A stretch of DNA of 64,000 nucleotides from Callorhinchus milii (taxonomy: Eukaryota): contig NW_024704742.1 in assembly GCF_018977255.1 (NCBI RefSeq), positions 87,112,001 to 87,176,000 on the forward strand. The letters are read 5' to 3'. The notes under the pieces were generated by a model that saw only the letters and a list, made by a program, of their open reading frames with translations, ran no database searches and was not told the origin of the DNA. The translations under genes were made by a program, and so were the position numbers. This document shows positions 24,401 through 39,319 of the stretch, piece by piece; position 1 is the first letter of the stretch; every line of letters starts with the position of its first letter.

Positions 24401-27400
24401 TAACACTTTTCATGTCAGATGGACACCTCAAAGCACTTCACAGAATACAATACACATTTACATTTGTATGACACCTTTCAAGTCCAGAGGACATCCAAAG
24501 GACATCTGAAGGATGTACTGTAAAGTGTAGTGGCTGTGTGTTTTTCAGACAAACGTGACAGAGAATTTGCGTACTGCAATATCCCACAAATAGCCATGTA
24601 GTGAATGAACAATTTTAACCTGAAGAATCGAATGTATAGGGTACGTGTGGATGAATTACAAAATGAAAGATTAAGCAAATACAGCTTTACTGAAATTTAC
24701 CGATTAGCTTTACTGAAATTTACACTGCACGTCTCACGGCACATAGCCACAACTGTGACGCGAATGATGAAGCGTATCGACCATAAGTCATATACTCAGT
24801 TTTATCACCTGCAGGTGAAGCTCTCACTGCTGGTTTCAAAACAAGTGTCCCAATAAATACTGGAATCTGTGCAGCCCTTCAGGATGTGCAGTTTATTTAT
24901 GTCAGCAAGCCAAATGCCTGAAGTGGTGACCTTGACCAAACCTTAGCCCATTGTATCACAGCAATTCAACACTCACTAGCATAGGCTGACCTAGTGCAAA
25001 CCCACATCATGTTTCCCTGCTCGCTGTCTGTAGTCAAAACAAAATATCTCTCTTAAATTGGTTTATGCACTAAGGCAAGAATAACTACTTATTCTGTGCA
25101 GTGTAATTGTCCATGGCACTATTCAAAAAGGGATGGGAGTTTCTCCTGATGACCAACATTCCCCTAAATAAAATTGCTCAGTTTCTCACCAGGGAGTTCC
25201 TCACAGGAAGTTATTGGTACCTGCCATCCACCTATTGAGGGCTCAAAGCCACACTTGTCGGATGTTAAATGATTAACTAGTGACTATCCTCCTTGGGAGG
25301 AAGTAAGTAGAGTCTCCTTGGACCTGAACTGGCTCCAAAGAGCCATGTTTGCCAACTGTATGTCAGAATCGAGCCAAGCCTCAGTGTCAGTCTCAATCGT
25401 GCAGTTCCTGAGCCACACAGAAAGGCAGGATCCTAGGGCACTGCTGACGACAGCACAGCCAGCCTGGCTCATCTGCAGGACTTGGAAGGGAGGCCAGTCA
25501 CTGGGACCAGGGACTCTTTCCACTTGGGTCCCATTAACCCTGCAAGCCAAAGCCTTGTCGGGACAAGTAGCAGGAAAGCTTGCCAGAAAGTGCTCTCAAT
25601 GGCAAGTTTTAGCTGGTTAAACCCCAGCAGTACCCCAACCCACACTCTGGAGTCCCCAAGCTTTGGTTTTTGCCAATCTCTTGCCTAATACTCTCTAGAA
25701 TGAAGTAAGCAGAATGCGTACTTCTAGGGAGAGAATGTGCAGTCCATTCCAATAAATATCATGAGAATTTCCAAGGAATATCACAAGGAATGTGTTATGA
25801 AATACGAAAAATTTCAGCTCCATGTCCTGTCATAAACCATTTAACTGAGTCAAAACTCTCAGGCCCAACAATAATAATAATAATCCTTGCATTTGATATA
25901 GCGCTTTTCACGTCTTCTAGATGACTTAAAGTGCTTCACAGAATATACTATCAAGTGAATTGGCTGTATATTTGTGGGCGAAACGCAGCAGCCAATTGCA
26001 CACAGCAGTGTCCCACAAACAGTCGTGGATTAAGTGACCAAATTATTAGTATTTTTTTGAAGGATTATTATCCCCGGAAAAGCAATCCGCCAATTGACCA
26101 ATAACCAGGTTCCTACTTACTGCTAGGTAAACAGGGGCGTGTGGAATAAGGAAACTTGCCCAACATTTCACCCTGCCGGGAATAGAACCCAGGTCTCTCG
26201 CTTGCAAGGCGAGTGCTCTACTCACTGAGCTACAGGACTCCACAGGAAAATAAAGTGCAGAAAAGTGACTAACTTTTGGACATCAGGTTACCATTGATGT
26301 TACTTCCTTCTCGTTTATTGAACAAACAACAAATTTACATTTGTATGTGTCTTTCACTTCAGGAAGATATCCCAAGACTACCCTTATGCTTCATGGAATC
26401 ATAGAAATGACAGCAAAGCAAGAGGCCATTCGGCCCACCAAGCCTGAAATGGTGTTAGCTCATCCACTGGAGTTAACTGCTCTAATCTCAACTCCATTCT
26501 CTTTCCCTGCTCCCTTTCACATTCTTCCAGTTCAAATGGTTGTCAAAATTGTTGTTAAATGTCTCTGGCAACGTATTTTGTATTTGGTTATCCTCATGGT
26601 GTCTTCTAATTTTCCACTTAACTTTCCAAAAACAATATCCAATACCCATGTGTTACATAGATTTACATAGAGAGATACAAATGGAAACAGACCATTCGGC
26701 CCAACTAGTCCCTGCTGGTGGTTATACTCCATACAAATCCACACCCCTATTTCTCTCTCCTTTATCCCTTTACTCCCTTCTCCCTCATGTATGAATCAAG
26801 CTTTCACTTAAATACATTGAAAATTCTCAACATAATGCATGCAGCTATAATAATAATCCTTAATAATAATAATAATCCTTGCATTTGATATAGCGCTTTT
26901 CATGTCGGGAGGACGTCCCAAAGCGCTTCACAGAACACACTGTAAAGTGAATTGACTGTATATTTGTGGGAGAACGCGGCAGCCAATTGCGCACAGCAAT
27001 GTCCCACAAACAGTCGTAGATTGAAAATGACCAAGTTATTATTGTTTTTGGTTTTGGAGGGATTATTATTAGACGTGTGGAGTAAGGAAACTTGCCCAAG
27101 GTTTCGCCCTGCCTGGAATTGAACTCAGGTCTCTCGCTTGCAAAGCGAGTGCTCTAACCACTGAGCTACAGGACAATGTTTGCATTATGTTCAGCCCTTA
27201 GGATATACAGTCACTACACTTTACAGTATATTCTGTGAAGCGCTTTGAGACATCTCGAAGACGTAATAAGGTTCTATATCAAATACAAGGATTATTAGTA
27301 GTAGTATGCATAACTTGCTTTTTTATGTGTGTTACCAAATTACCCAAAATGTTCTGAATTTTGGAGCCCACTATTGGATCTGCCTTTTTTTAATAAGCCA

Positions 27401-30400
27401 GATGTCTGACACATGCAGAAACCCATTACCATGCCTAAGAGTATCCAAACCAAATGAGAATTCCATGCCTCCCACCTGTATATGGAAATTCCCATGTGTT
27501 GGAATGGAATGTGCTCACTGTCCCCAGAGGGATGACGCATCCTGCTTATTTAATTCCTGAGGGAGCGGATTAGCAAGAGCCAAGGCTTGGGTCCCCAGAA
27601 TAAGTTTTGGAGTGTTCAGATCCATTCACTCCCTGGTACCTCTCTACCTCTGCGATCTCCTCATTCCCCAATCCAACACCTGGCACCTCCACTCGACTGG
27701 CACCAGCCTCCTGCTCATCCCTCGCACCCTCCGCCCCACCATTGAAGGCCATGCTTTCAGCCACTACGCCCCAAAACTCTGGAACACTCTCCCTCAATCC
27801 CTTTGCATTGTCCCCTCTCTCCTCTCTTTCACGTTCCACCTGAAAACCTTCTTCTTCGACCGAGCTTACGGCTGCCTCCCACCTCCCCCAGCTTGGAGTC
27901 AGGCTCCGCCACTGTTAAGCGCTCTGAGACGTTACCCTGCATGGAGGGCACTATATAAGTGCAAGTTGTTGTTGCTGTTGTGACATACTGGGGCAGTTCA
28001 GCAAGCTAAAACTGAATATATATTTCCTCTTAACTGTCTGTTCCAGGGAAACAGACGCAATTTTTCAAAATATGAATAAATCTTCATCTCTGATATCATC
28101 CCTGGCAAACAAACCTACAGTACCCACTGGACTATGAGAAATGTCTGTGCCTTTTGATTAATAATAATAATACTTGCATTTGATATAGCGCCTTATCACG
28201 TTGTTGAGATATCTCAAAACACTTCACAGAATATACTCTAAAATGAAGTGACTGTATATTTTGTGGGAGAAACAATTTCTTCTTCCCAGATTTCATTGTT
28301 TTCCAGTGCTCCTGTATGCTGTGTTATGATTCCGTAGAATGTCTGGGTTAAATACACAGAAATCCCCAGCACATTAGCCTAATAAACTAGGACACCGACA
28401 AAAACACTAACTTTACATGACCTTTGAAAGGAACGAGGGATGGAATATTTAGTCCAAATCTCTTTTATCCCAATTCACATCCTTTAATCATTCAGGAATG
28501 CACTTTCAGCATATTTCATGAGGTAAACAATGGAAAATTATACATGTCACTTTGGAACTGGGTGGCAGCTGTTTGAAAGCTGTAGAATACAGTAGTTCTC
28601 TCTTGTCAATATTCATCAGCTGCAAACATTCTGATGTAATGGGATGGAAAGTGTGGTGTTTAATCACACATTAAATATAAGTAAATAAAAATCCTTGCAT
28701 TTCATACAGCTCTTTTCATGTCAGGAGAACATCTCAGACCCCTTCACAGGATTTGCTGCAAAGTGTAGTGACTGTGTACTTTGTAGTCGAATGCCAACAA
28801 AATACAGAATTTCATGACACGTGCTTATGCCATGTGTTATAGAATCTGTTCTGCTGCATCACAATCCACCATTTATTCCTAAAGGCTGAAATCTGGCGTG
28901 AAGTCCCCGTTATGAAAACTTACCTTTACTACCAGCAAAAAAAAAGGTCCTGTAGGTGCTTATAATAATAATAACCCTTGCATTGTATTTGATATAGCTC
29001 TTATTTTCACGTCTTTAGTCTCAAAGAGCTTCACAGAATATACTGTAAAGTAAATTGTATATTTTGTAGGCGAAACGTGGCAGCCAAATATTTGCACACA
29101 GCAGTGTCCCACAAACAGCCGTGGATTGAGTGACCAAATTATTATTGTTTTTTTTCTTGAGGGATTATTATCATGTGTGTGGAGTAAGGAAACTTGCCCA
29201 AGGTTTTGCCCTGCCAGGAATCAAACCCAGGTCTCTCGCTTGCGAGGCGAGTGTTCTAACTGATGAGCTGCAGGACTCCTGTTATGTGCCAACAACAGCA
29301 ACAACAACCATCAATTGCATTAATATAGTGCCTTTCACATCAGGAAGACTTCCCGAGGTACTGGACAGTGGAAGATTTGGATCTGAGCTGAGAGTTGGTT
29401 CTGGAGTGGTAGGGGCCCAGGGAGAATCAGTGTGATAGGGGAAAGACAACCGAACTCATGGTCAAATAGGAAGGTCTTGAGATGGTTCTTGAAAGAAACA
29501 AAGGGTAAAAGCAAGGCAGAAGGACTCGGGATGGAGTTCTGGAGAGTGGAGAGTGGGGCAAGACCGTGGAGGGATTTAAAAGTGAGGATGAGGAACATAA
29601 ACTCAATCCTCTGAGAAATGGGGAGACAGTGGAGCTGAGCGAGGATGGAGGTTATAGGCTCATAGAGCCTACTGCTGGAAAGGACACTAGCTACAGAATT
29701 CTGGATGGTCTGCAGTTTGTGCAGAGAACAGCTGGGAAGCCCGGCAAGCAGAGAAATGCCGTGGTGTATCCTGGATGTGATGAAAGCATGGGTAAGGGTC
29801 TCAGCCACCTGAAGTGGGAGGTAGTGGTGGAGGCAGGCAATGTTGGGGAGGTAGAGGAAAGGTGAACAGGTGTGGGGTTTAAAGAACAATTGAAAATCAA
29901 ACAAGACAGAGGTTCCGCGCTGGCTCTGTGAGATGGACGTGCATTCATTTAGATTGATGCTGTCAGCGCCTGAGGTGAGTAAGTACTGATGGGAGGCAAG
30001 CAAGAGGTAATAATAAATTCATTGGAGAAGGTTAGCTCTCATCCAGGACTTGATGTCTGGCAGACAATCAATCAGAAACAGTAGTGGTCCTGGAATCAAG
30101 AATGAAGGCAGAGAGATAGAGTTGGATGTCATCCGCATACAGTTAACAATTAACTCCATATCTGTGGACAACATCACTCATGTAGATATGAAAAAGCCTT
30201 AAGGAATGCCAGAAATGATGGTGCGAGGGCTGGAGGACAAGCCGTTGACAGATATAAAGTGGAATTGTTTGGATAGGTAAGAATGAAACCAGGAAAGGAC
30301 ATAACCTGTGAAGTTGGAGCTGAGAGGAAAGGCTAACAGTTGGAATTGGCCACAAGGAAGCCAGCTTGCTTGGATTGGGTAACCAGAGTGAGAGTGTCCT

Positions 30401-32337
30401 TAAAACAAGTCACAACGTCACACATGCCATAATAGTATTTGTGCCGTTATTTTGCAGGCTCATATCAATCCCAATGAGTCCAGTAGCTCAGTGTTTAGAG
30501 CACTCGCCTGGCAAGCGAGAGACCTGGGTTTGATTCCCAGCAGGGCGAAACCTTGGGCAAGTTTCCTTACTCCACACGCCCGATAATAATCCCTCAAGAA
30601 AAATAAATGTCACTTCAATCCACAACTGTTTGTGGGACACTGCTGTACGCAATTGGCTGCTGTGTTTCACCCACAAAATATACAGTCAATTCACTTTACA
30701 GTATATTCTGTGAAGCGCTTTGAGACGTCTCGAAGACGTGAAAAGCGCTATATCAAATGCAAAGATTATTATTATTATTATTAATGTGCATAAACAAATA
30801 TTCGGATGAATAGGGTTCTACCCCAGTGAATGTTCCTATAAGACAATTCTCACAGCTTTTGTTTCTTTTAACTGCGTTGTGGTAACGTCTGATCCGAGGT
30901 TGGAGGTCCCCGACTACGGGTCCGTAACTTTGTCTGTCCAGCGCCCTGGGACGTCCTCCCGACGTGAAAGGCGCTATACAAATGTAATTTTGTTGTTGTT
31001 GTTGTATCATTGCCTGACCTAAATATTTTACATTCCTTATTTACGTGAATTACTTCTGCAGATTTGATTGATTGCAATCGCCTCTCTGACAGCCTAAATG
31101 TGTTTCTCCGAAGTCTAATTGAATGTAATACTTTTGCTATAAAAGGGCGAAAACATTTAATGTGACACAGCAGAGGCTGTTTCTTGGAGTGTGCTCCAGG
31201 CAGTGTGCCAGTGGGTGGACATTATAAAGCTCAAACTCTTCCAGTTTGCTAGGAATACTCGCAGCGTACTGCTTGCAAATAACAACTCGCTGAAGTCATA
31301 ATTAAACTCTGTTGCAGTCCGTGCAATTCAACAGCAGCTAAACTGCTATTTTCCTACTGTGGTACATATATAAACAGAATAATTTAAGCTGTAATTCAAG
31401 TAAACATGCAATGAGCCAGCATTGTCAATCTGGCCAATACATCATCTGAGTTTGGGTAATAGCACCAGGGGCTGCAAAGAGGTAAGTATTCATTCCTCCC
31501 AGTGATGTTTTTCTTACCCTCTATATTCCATCAGCTCTGGTACATGTTTACTTAAGGTAAACAAGAGCAATACCTGATTCAATGCTTTGTTTTGAGATCT
31601 ACGTCCACAAAAAGGTTGATGAAAGAAAGGGAAACAAACCATAGTACAAAACAAATGTCGATGGTTTCACACGAAAATAATTTTTCTATGAAGACACTTA
31701 CAAAGTTCAGGTGCCGTTTGTGTCTACTGGATACACACAAGGCCCACTGAAAGAGAATGTGAAATAGAAATCCCCATTGGAAAAGCATCTTCTCAACGCC
31801 TTTTCAAAATTAGTTGGACGAAAGGTTGGCCTTATGACCTGGGGGAATTTTCAGCTTCTCGAACAGCCAGCTCTGAAAAATTTGCTGAAATGCTAATAAA
31901 TTGCTCACTGGAGGAAACAAATTCCTCTCCTGCAAGGGCTTAACCAGTTTAACACATATTTGCTCAGTGATTTGTGCTGTAATTATCTAAAGATATTTTG
32001 TATTAATACAATCAGTAATTCAATGAAGTCATTGCATCACTATTTGTGTAAATTAATGAGGGTAAGTCTCTAACTATGCTCCCATCAGTCTGAAGGAAAG
32101 GCCCAGTTTCTTTCACATCTGTTCCAACAGTTTATTGTGTCAATACATTTTGTACGATCATTCATTGTATCCCGTATAATGTTCTCAAACATCTACCATA
32201 TGTTTTTGGCAAATTGGCCTGTATGTGGAGTCCTCTAGCTCAGTGGTTAGCGCGCTCGCCTCGCAAGCAAGAGACACGGGTTTGATTCTCAGCAGGGCGA
32301 AACCTTGGGCAAGTTTCTTTACTTCACTGCTGTGAAG
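18491..32337 (+). repeat. Copy B of the duplication (contains copies of all repeats listed for 1-13816)
   Basis: Starts caggacaagtcaaaac as at position 1 and ends cactgctgtgaag as at 13816, then continues into unique sequence. Confidence 0.97.
32005..32080 (+). repeat. 76-bp perfect direct repeat, copy 1 (also at 13484-13559 through the large duplication)
   Basis: aatacaatcagtaattcaatgaagtc...gtctctaactatgct is identical to 32888-32963. Confidence 0.95.
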
Positions 32338-32397
32338 CACTTTGAGACATCTAGAAGACGTAAAAAGCGCTATATCAAATGCAAGGAATATTATTAC
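32227..32397 (+). mobile_element. tRNA-derived SINE reduced to head plus tail (copy A at 13706-13816 is cut by the gap)
   Basis: tRNA head joined almost directly to ctgtgaagcactttgagacatc...gctatatcaaatgcaagg. Confidence 0.85.
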
Positions 32398-32887
32398 ATT
32401 TTCTAAGTTCAAACAGACCTGTTCTGAAAAGGATTCATAAAATTTGAATGCATCTGCATGACCTCTGTGACCTTACACTCACAGAGACCAAATTTACAAT
32501 GCCGAGCTATGGTAAAGGCAAATGGGAACTTTTGGATTCTTCTACAATATTAAGTGTAATAACACCCTGCATGCAAACTTTACAGGTTAGTTTAACCATA
32601 TGCAAATGCTTGAGTTTCACAAGAACTTTTTATACTATATATATATAATAATAATAATATAATAATAATCCTTGAATTTGATATAGCGCTTTTCACGTCT
32701 TCTCGACATCTCAAAGCGCTTTACAGAATAGACTGTAAAGTGAATTGACTGTATATTTGTGTATAAATACTATAACAGGGAAGGACACATTTAATGTACC
32801 AGTTGCCAGAATAACAGCCGTGTTTTGGTTTCATATGAAGATCAATTTTATACAGCTCCCTTTTAAGCAGGTTAACATCTCACAATC

Positions 32888-33309
<422 letters not shown>

Positions 33310-34584
33310 TCAGCAGATTCTTGAATTCTATCTTAACTTTGAGAGGTCTGGTTTTTTGTAGTTCCTAAAATAAAGGCGTCAAAATTAGGAATGTTTTTCA
33401 GAATTTATCAAATTCTGGACATTCTGAAATGTGGCAATTAATAGATTTCTCTGTACTCGATTTCTGTGTTCTGTAAAATTAATATCAATAATAATAATCC
33501 TTACATTTGATATAGCGCTTTCATATCAGGAGGACTTCTAAAAGCACTTGACAGGAGTAACTGTAAAAAAGTGCTCTGAGACTCCGTCCGGCATGGAGGG
33601 CGCTATATAAATCCAAGTTGTTGTTGTTGTTTTGTAGATGAATGTATGCCATATTTTTATGTTCTCTGCTTTTACACCAACATTGTTTGTATGCACTCAA
33701 TAATAGCAACAGCAACAGCAATCTAGACTTAACATAGTTGGAAGATCTAATGCCGTACAGTGATGCATTACAATTCTACAAGCTATTCTCTCCACACACA
33801 CACATTCTAAGAGAAAGCTTCCTGGTACTCAGTTTTCTTCCACAGATTGAATTTGATAAGTTTCAATTACATCAACAGCAATGCTCTGTCAGCATTTCAA
33901 TGATTTCAATCATTCCTCGCTCATAATTCTTGTTTCTGTTACTGTCATTTTAAACCCTAAATTGGTACATTTGATGATTTTTATTAGTTGATGGTCTAAC
34001 AGCGAGTCTTACGAAAACAATCTGAACTATGAGGGCATGTGCATATCAGGGAATTTACCAGATTAGCTTGATCTTGTTCCAAACAAATCCCTGGTGTAGT
34101 ATAAACAGTGATATGCTCACGCCTCAGAGTTCATTGTTTCCAAAGTAGACTTAATTTCTTTCAGTTGCTGAAACCGTTCATTATTGTGAGTGAGAGCTGC
34201 CTTGGAAACAAGAAAATTGAAGTTTGGAAATACTTTGTTTGAAACGGAAAAAAATAAATGTGTATGCAAGATGGCCACGATGAACTTGAAGCTGTTTGTT
34301 TCTCCTGGATGTAAAGAGTGGTGTCAATTTTGCAATGACTCCGAAGTTCTACCTCCTCCAGGTAACCAACCAATAAAAGACTGTGCAGAAATGTACACCC
34401 TTTTCAGAAGTGCACACATTGAACTCCTCAATGTGGCTCAAATGGCAAGCCACAGCCTGGATGAAACTGAGTCATAAACAGAGTGTTTACAAAATCCTGT
34501 TACCCCCATATTTTTCTCTTACAATTACTTTTTATTTTTTGTTGCAGATGAGTCGTGTGTAATAATATCTGATATCAGTAACTT

Positions 34585-35571
34585 CCCAACTCTACCTTTC
34601 CTCCTCTACTCTCAACTCCACGACCACCGATGTCCTGACAGCCGCCTGTCCGACATCGAGTCCTGGACGAGAGACAACTTTCTTCAGCTCAACGTGCGAA
34701 AAACCAAGGCCCTCCTGATTGGCTCACGTCAGCGCCTCCGCACCTCAGGCGCTGACAGCATCAGCATCCAAGGCTGCACTCTCCACCTCGCAAAGCCAGT
34801 CAGGAACCTCGGCGTTCTGTTCGACCCTGAGCTGTCCTTTCTCCCTCACATCCGCACCACAACTGGCACCGCCTTCCATCACCTCCGGAACATCGCCAGA
34901 CTACAGCACTACCTCACCCCTCACGCTGCTGAAACCCTGGTCCACGCCTTTATCACCTCAAGGCTGGACTACGGGAACTCTCTCCTCGCCGGCCTTCCCG
35001 CCACCTCCCTCCACAAGCTGCAGGTCATTCAGAACTCTGCAGCTCGTGTACTGTCCCGCACCAGGCTTCGCGACCACATCACTCCCACCCTCGCTCGCCT
35101 CCACTGGCTCCCCATCCCCCAGAGGATTGATTTCAAGATCCTCATCCTCACCTACAAGGCCATTCACGGCCTTGCTCCCTCCTACCTCTCTGACCTACTA
35201 TCCCCCTACCTAACCGCTCGTACCCTCCGTTCCTCCGGCTCCGGTCTGCTCCACGTCCCCCGCCCCAATCGCCCTACCATTGGTGGTCGGGCCTTCAGCC
35301 TCTCAGCCCCCAGGCTCTGGAACTCTATCCCCCAGTGCTTTCGCCGCCTCCTCCCTTTCCTCCTTCAAGGCCGGTCTCAAGACCTTTCTCTTTGACCGAG
35401 CCTTCAGCTCCCCTCTCGACTCTCTTCCCCCTCCACGCTCCCTCCCTTCCCTCCCCTCACCCTGACCATTTCCCCCCAATGCTCGGGTCATGGCCCAACT
35501 GTGCAGTGCCTTGGGACGTCCTCCTGACGTGAAAGGCGCTTTATAAATGGAATCTTGTTGTTGTTGTTGTT
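34585..35571 (+). mobile_element. Young L2 LINE 3' 1 kb, same family as 14967-17190
   Basis: Highly similar to 16234-17190; 233-aa open stretch; (TTG)n tail. Confidence 0.95.
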
Positions 35572-36906
35572 CCTTGTGACTTCATCCATGTTACCGAAGA
35601 TGTCACACACAACATGGCAAAGGATCATTATCTACCATGAAAAAGATGGCGCTGACACAAACTGATCCTCTGGATGTCTAAATATAGTTAAACACTTGTA
35701 CTGAATACAATTAAATACTTCTAAATACAATTATCATCATTCTGCCACATTTCAGTTATTGGTCTGTATGCTGTAGAGAAAAAAATATGAGGGTAACAGG
35801 ACTTTGGAAACATCCTGGACATCCAAAAGTTCTCAGGTTTGCTTTCCCAGTCTGTCTGAGTTAACAAATCTCAGTCTGGATAGAGGAAGAGTGGCTATAA
35901 TTTTGCTTAATGCCCCTGGGAGTCTGGAGAGGGAATAATTAACTTGGTATCTCATTCCATTACAATCACTTAAACCACAGGGTGAGAATGTTATAACAGT
36001 GTGAGTTTCTAGAATTGAGCAACTGATCCACTGTGTCATTAGCAGAAATGCTAAAATATGTCCATCTTCCAGGTTGAGGTTACAGGAAGTGCAGTACAAG
36101 TAGCAACACTTCCCGCACATATCGCACCTGAGTAGGGGAAAGCAACTGGACAAGCTGGAAGGCAGACATATTTAGAAGTTATCCAGTTCATGGCAGAATC
36201 TGGAAATATACTGCACGGCTGCTAAATTTGGCGCACAGGATATCTGCAGTATAAGCAACTCTGCGACATCTGCAACTTGCATGCTACTGAGGTGCTTTAA
36301 TACAACAACTTGCATTTATCTAGTGCCCTTCACATGGGATGGTGTCTCAGATCACTTAATAAGTTTGTAGTTTGACATAGGGGAGAAAGGCGAGGTGATT
36401 GTAGGTACGGTCGAAGAGGAAAGTCTTCAGGTGCGATACGAAAACAGGGTCACTCTGTTTCTGTGTCAGAATACTTTTCACACATCTGTTATTTTATGCA
36501 CCATGACGTGCAGCGTTGATGCGGCCGCTTTTAATTTGTGTTAGCTTTGGTAATTTGCCAAAGGTAGATGGGTGCCATGGGAGGCAGTGATAACAGGGTG
36601 GACAATACTTGTATCCACTGTGTAGAATCAGCAAGGATGTTTGCGTGTGTGTGTGTGTGTGGTGCCAGTGCACTGGAAGGGCTAGGCATTGGGAAAACTG
36701 TAGAAAACTTTCCTGTGTGACTTAACTGTGCTTTTCAGTTCTATTCATTTATTCTTGAAGGAAATTGCAGACTGATCCAAACGGAAAGAATGAACGCAAA
36801 GGCACAGGGTGTGCATTGGTTGCTACAATTACATCATTTTAGTACTTGGCTTTCTCTTGGACCAAGAGCAATTACATGGAATTTCAGACACATCCTGGGG
36901 GTTATT

Positions 36907-36963
36907 TTATGCTGATCACTAAAAATAGTGATCCACAACTGCTATTTTTAGTGATCAGCGTAA
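36907..36963. promoter_or_regulatory. Inverted repeat carrying two consensus MEF2 sites (candidate intronic muscle enhancer element)
   Basis: gctgatcactaaaaatag (36911-36928) and ctatttttagtgatcagc (36942-36959) are perfect reverse complements. CTAAAAATAG lies at 36919-36928 and CTATTTTTAG at 36942-36951. Function is inferred only. Confidence 0.45.
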
Positions 36964-37390
36964 GTTTAAACTTCCTTATGTCCTGGGGGAGGGAATGACA
37001 TGCAGAGTTGTGCAGCTGGTCCTCCTCCATATTAATTTTTCAGTACGTGTTTTATAATATGAAGCCTTCAATCCACTCTCAACATTCTGTTGACCCCCAT
37101 AAATCCTTTCAAAAGGAAATTAGGTGGATCCTTGAAAACCAGGAATGTTAAAGTGATTAAGAAGCGAGCAGAAGAATGGGTTCAGGCAATGAAACATAAA
37201 ACAATCTCCTTTCTAACATTCAAAAAAGTCTTGATCACTCAATCCACGACTGTTTGTCGGACATGCTGTGGCAATTGGCTGCCCGCGTTTCGCCCACAGA
37301 ATAGTCAATCCACTTTGCAGTACATTCTGTGAAGTGCTTTGAGACATCTCATCGAAGTAATAAGGTACTGTATCAAATACAAGGATAATT

Positions 37391-37510
37391 ACAAAAACAG
37401 AAGTCGCTGGGAACACTCAGCAGATCAGGCAGCATCTATGGAGAAAGGAAGGTGAGTCAGTGTTTCGGGTCCGCGATCCTTCGCCAGCATCTGCAGTATT
37501 TTGCCTTTGA
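37391..37510 (-). mobile_element. Penelope-like pseudo-LTR fragment with a degenerate hammerhead and inverted terminus
   Basis: Similar to 14125-14220. Core reads CTGGCGA...GAAAC-ACT; the catctgcagtattttgcc terminus lies in the opposite orientation. Confidence 0.7.
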
Positions 37511-39319
37511 CAAGGATTATTACGATTAGTTAGTTTTTAGTGCTCTGAAAACAACAACAACTTGCATTTATATAGCGACTCTCATTCTGGGTAGTGTCTC
37601 AGAGTGCTTAACAGTGGGAGAGTCTGACGCCAAGCAGGGTTTGGGGAACGCCTCATAAAAATCCTCATGAAACCGATGTTTTGGAGCTTTCCTTAATGAT
37701 CATACATCATACATACTGCACACTGGACAATCTGTCAGGAGCTGTGAAGTATGATAAATATTCCTCAGTTGGAGTTAATGCACTGTTGCCAGTGCAGAAT
37801 CTTAGCCGTTACAGCCACTGTAACTGCGCAGTCAAATTCAACCACAGAACTCTGGGGATAATAGTACATTCTGCTTCCCATCTCTGACATGCGGCATATG
37901 TTCTTTGAAGACTAAAGTACCCAGCAAGCTTGTGCGCAGTGTCATGCTTTATGTTATAAGAAAACAAGTAAGATTGATTTGCACTGTCATAGAATTTAAT
38001 TTAAAAATTTACATGGCATCGTCCCAACACAGTAAGAACTATGAATCCAATCAACTAACCAGCCATAAATCAGAAAAAAATGCTTAATTATTTTGTTTAT
38101 GTTTAGCATTAACTGGACATATGTGTTGAAGGTTAGCCAGTTGAGCTTTCATCTTGTGACTGCTTGTTTACACACCCGACTAACAATTGCATAGTATGAC
38201 TGCAGTCTCAATCCAACAAAATATAGTCATTACACTTTGCAATATATTCTGTGAAGCACTTTGAAATGTCTCAAGGACATGATAAGGTGCTATATCAAAT
38301 GCAGGGATTATTAATATTATTTACTGGGCTTTGAAAATATCACAGATCATTCAGAAATACAGGCTTCTGTATGCTTATTTTCACATCTGCTCAATGTGTT
38401 TATTCTCTTGGGTTCAGCTCTGTTCTTTTCCAGCTCCCCAATCTTGTTCCCACCACTGATGACTTACTGTAAATGCCTCTCCTCAGTGCCAGTGTTTAAG
38501 TGCTCCGAGACACTGCTCTCCATGAAGGGGGTTATATAAATGCAAGTTGTTGTACCTCAATATGGGGTTGGAGAGGGGCGATAGTTGTCAACCAAACTTG
38601 TCAACCAAAGTAAGGGTGATTCTGGACTTTCTTCCTTGGGTACGTGGATTACCACTGGCCTTCCTTGCAGCAGAACAAGGAGCAAAATCAACCTCTCGTG
38701 CAATGCATCTAAAGCCAGAGAGGAGGAAGACCTTTATCGTCTCTTCTTTTTCTTTACGACTGAAATGGATTTTCTTCCCACTCTTTTGTTTTGAAGTACT
38801 TGACTCTGGGACATCAGCCAGATCAATGGGTTTGCACATTGTCCTGTCTTCTCTGGGGTCTGGGTGTGCACAATGCAAAACTCCTTTGATCTGGCAGCTG
38901 AAAGGTCCTAGGGGAAATGAGTTTGGGTAATTTCAACCTAGTTTCTGCTTTTATTGGATCCAATATACAGAATTTGTCCACAGCTCATCACAAATTGGCA
39001 ATGAATTTGCAGTTTTACTCAGAGGAGCTCATAAGGGTGATTGGTGGGGAAAGTGGAAATTTCATATTGACTCCAAAAGGGAATGCTCTTAGATTTGAGG
39101 TTATGGTGACGTTCGTGAAGAGAATAGAGGAAGCATTGCTTTGCATCTGCTCATGGTATATTGAACCTCTATCCTTCTACAGGGGGAGGAACCAGAGACC
39201 AAGCAAACATGGTCTCCTTGGAACTGAACATGCTCCAAGATGACATGCTTGGGAACAAAATATTGGAATCAATTTAATCCTCTGCGAAGTGCGATTCCTG
39301 ATTCAGATCCAGCAGATCC

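Noticed and set aside
38588..38908. 96-aa minus-strand ORF with a good acceptor (tcatttcccctag), possible extra PGM5 exon
   Set aside because: No PGM similarity, exons 6 and 7 already join without a gap, and the phase-compatible frame stops within about 30 codons.
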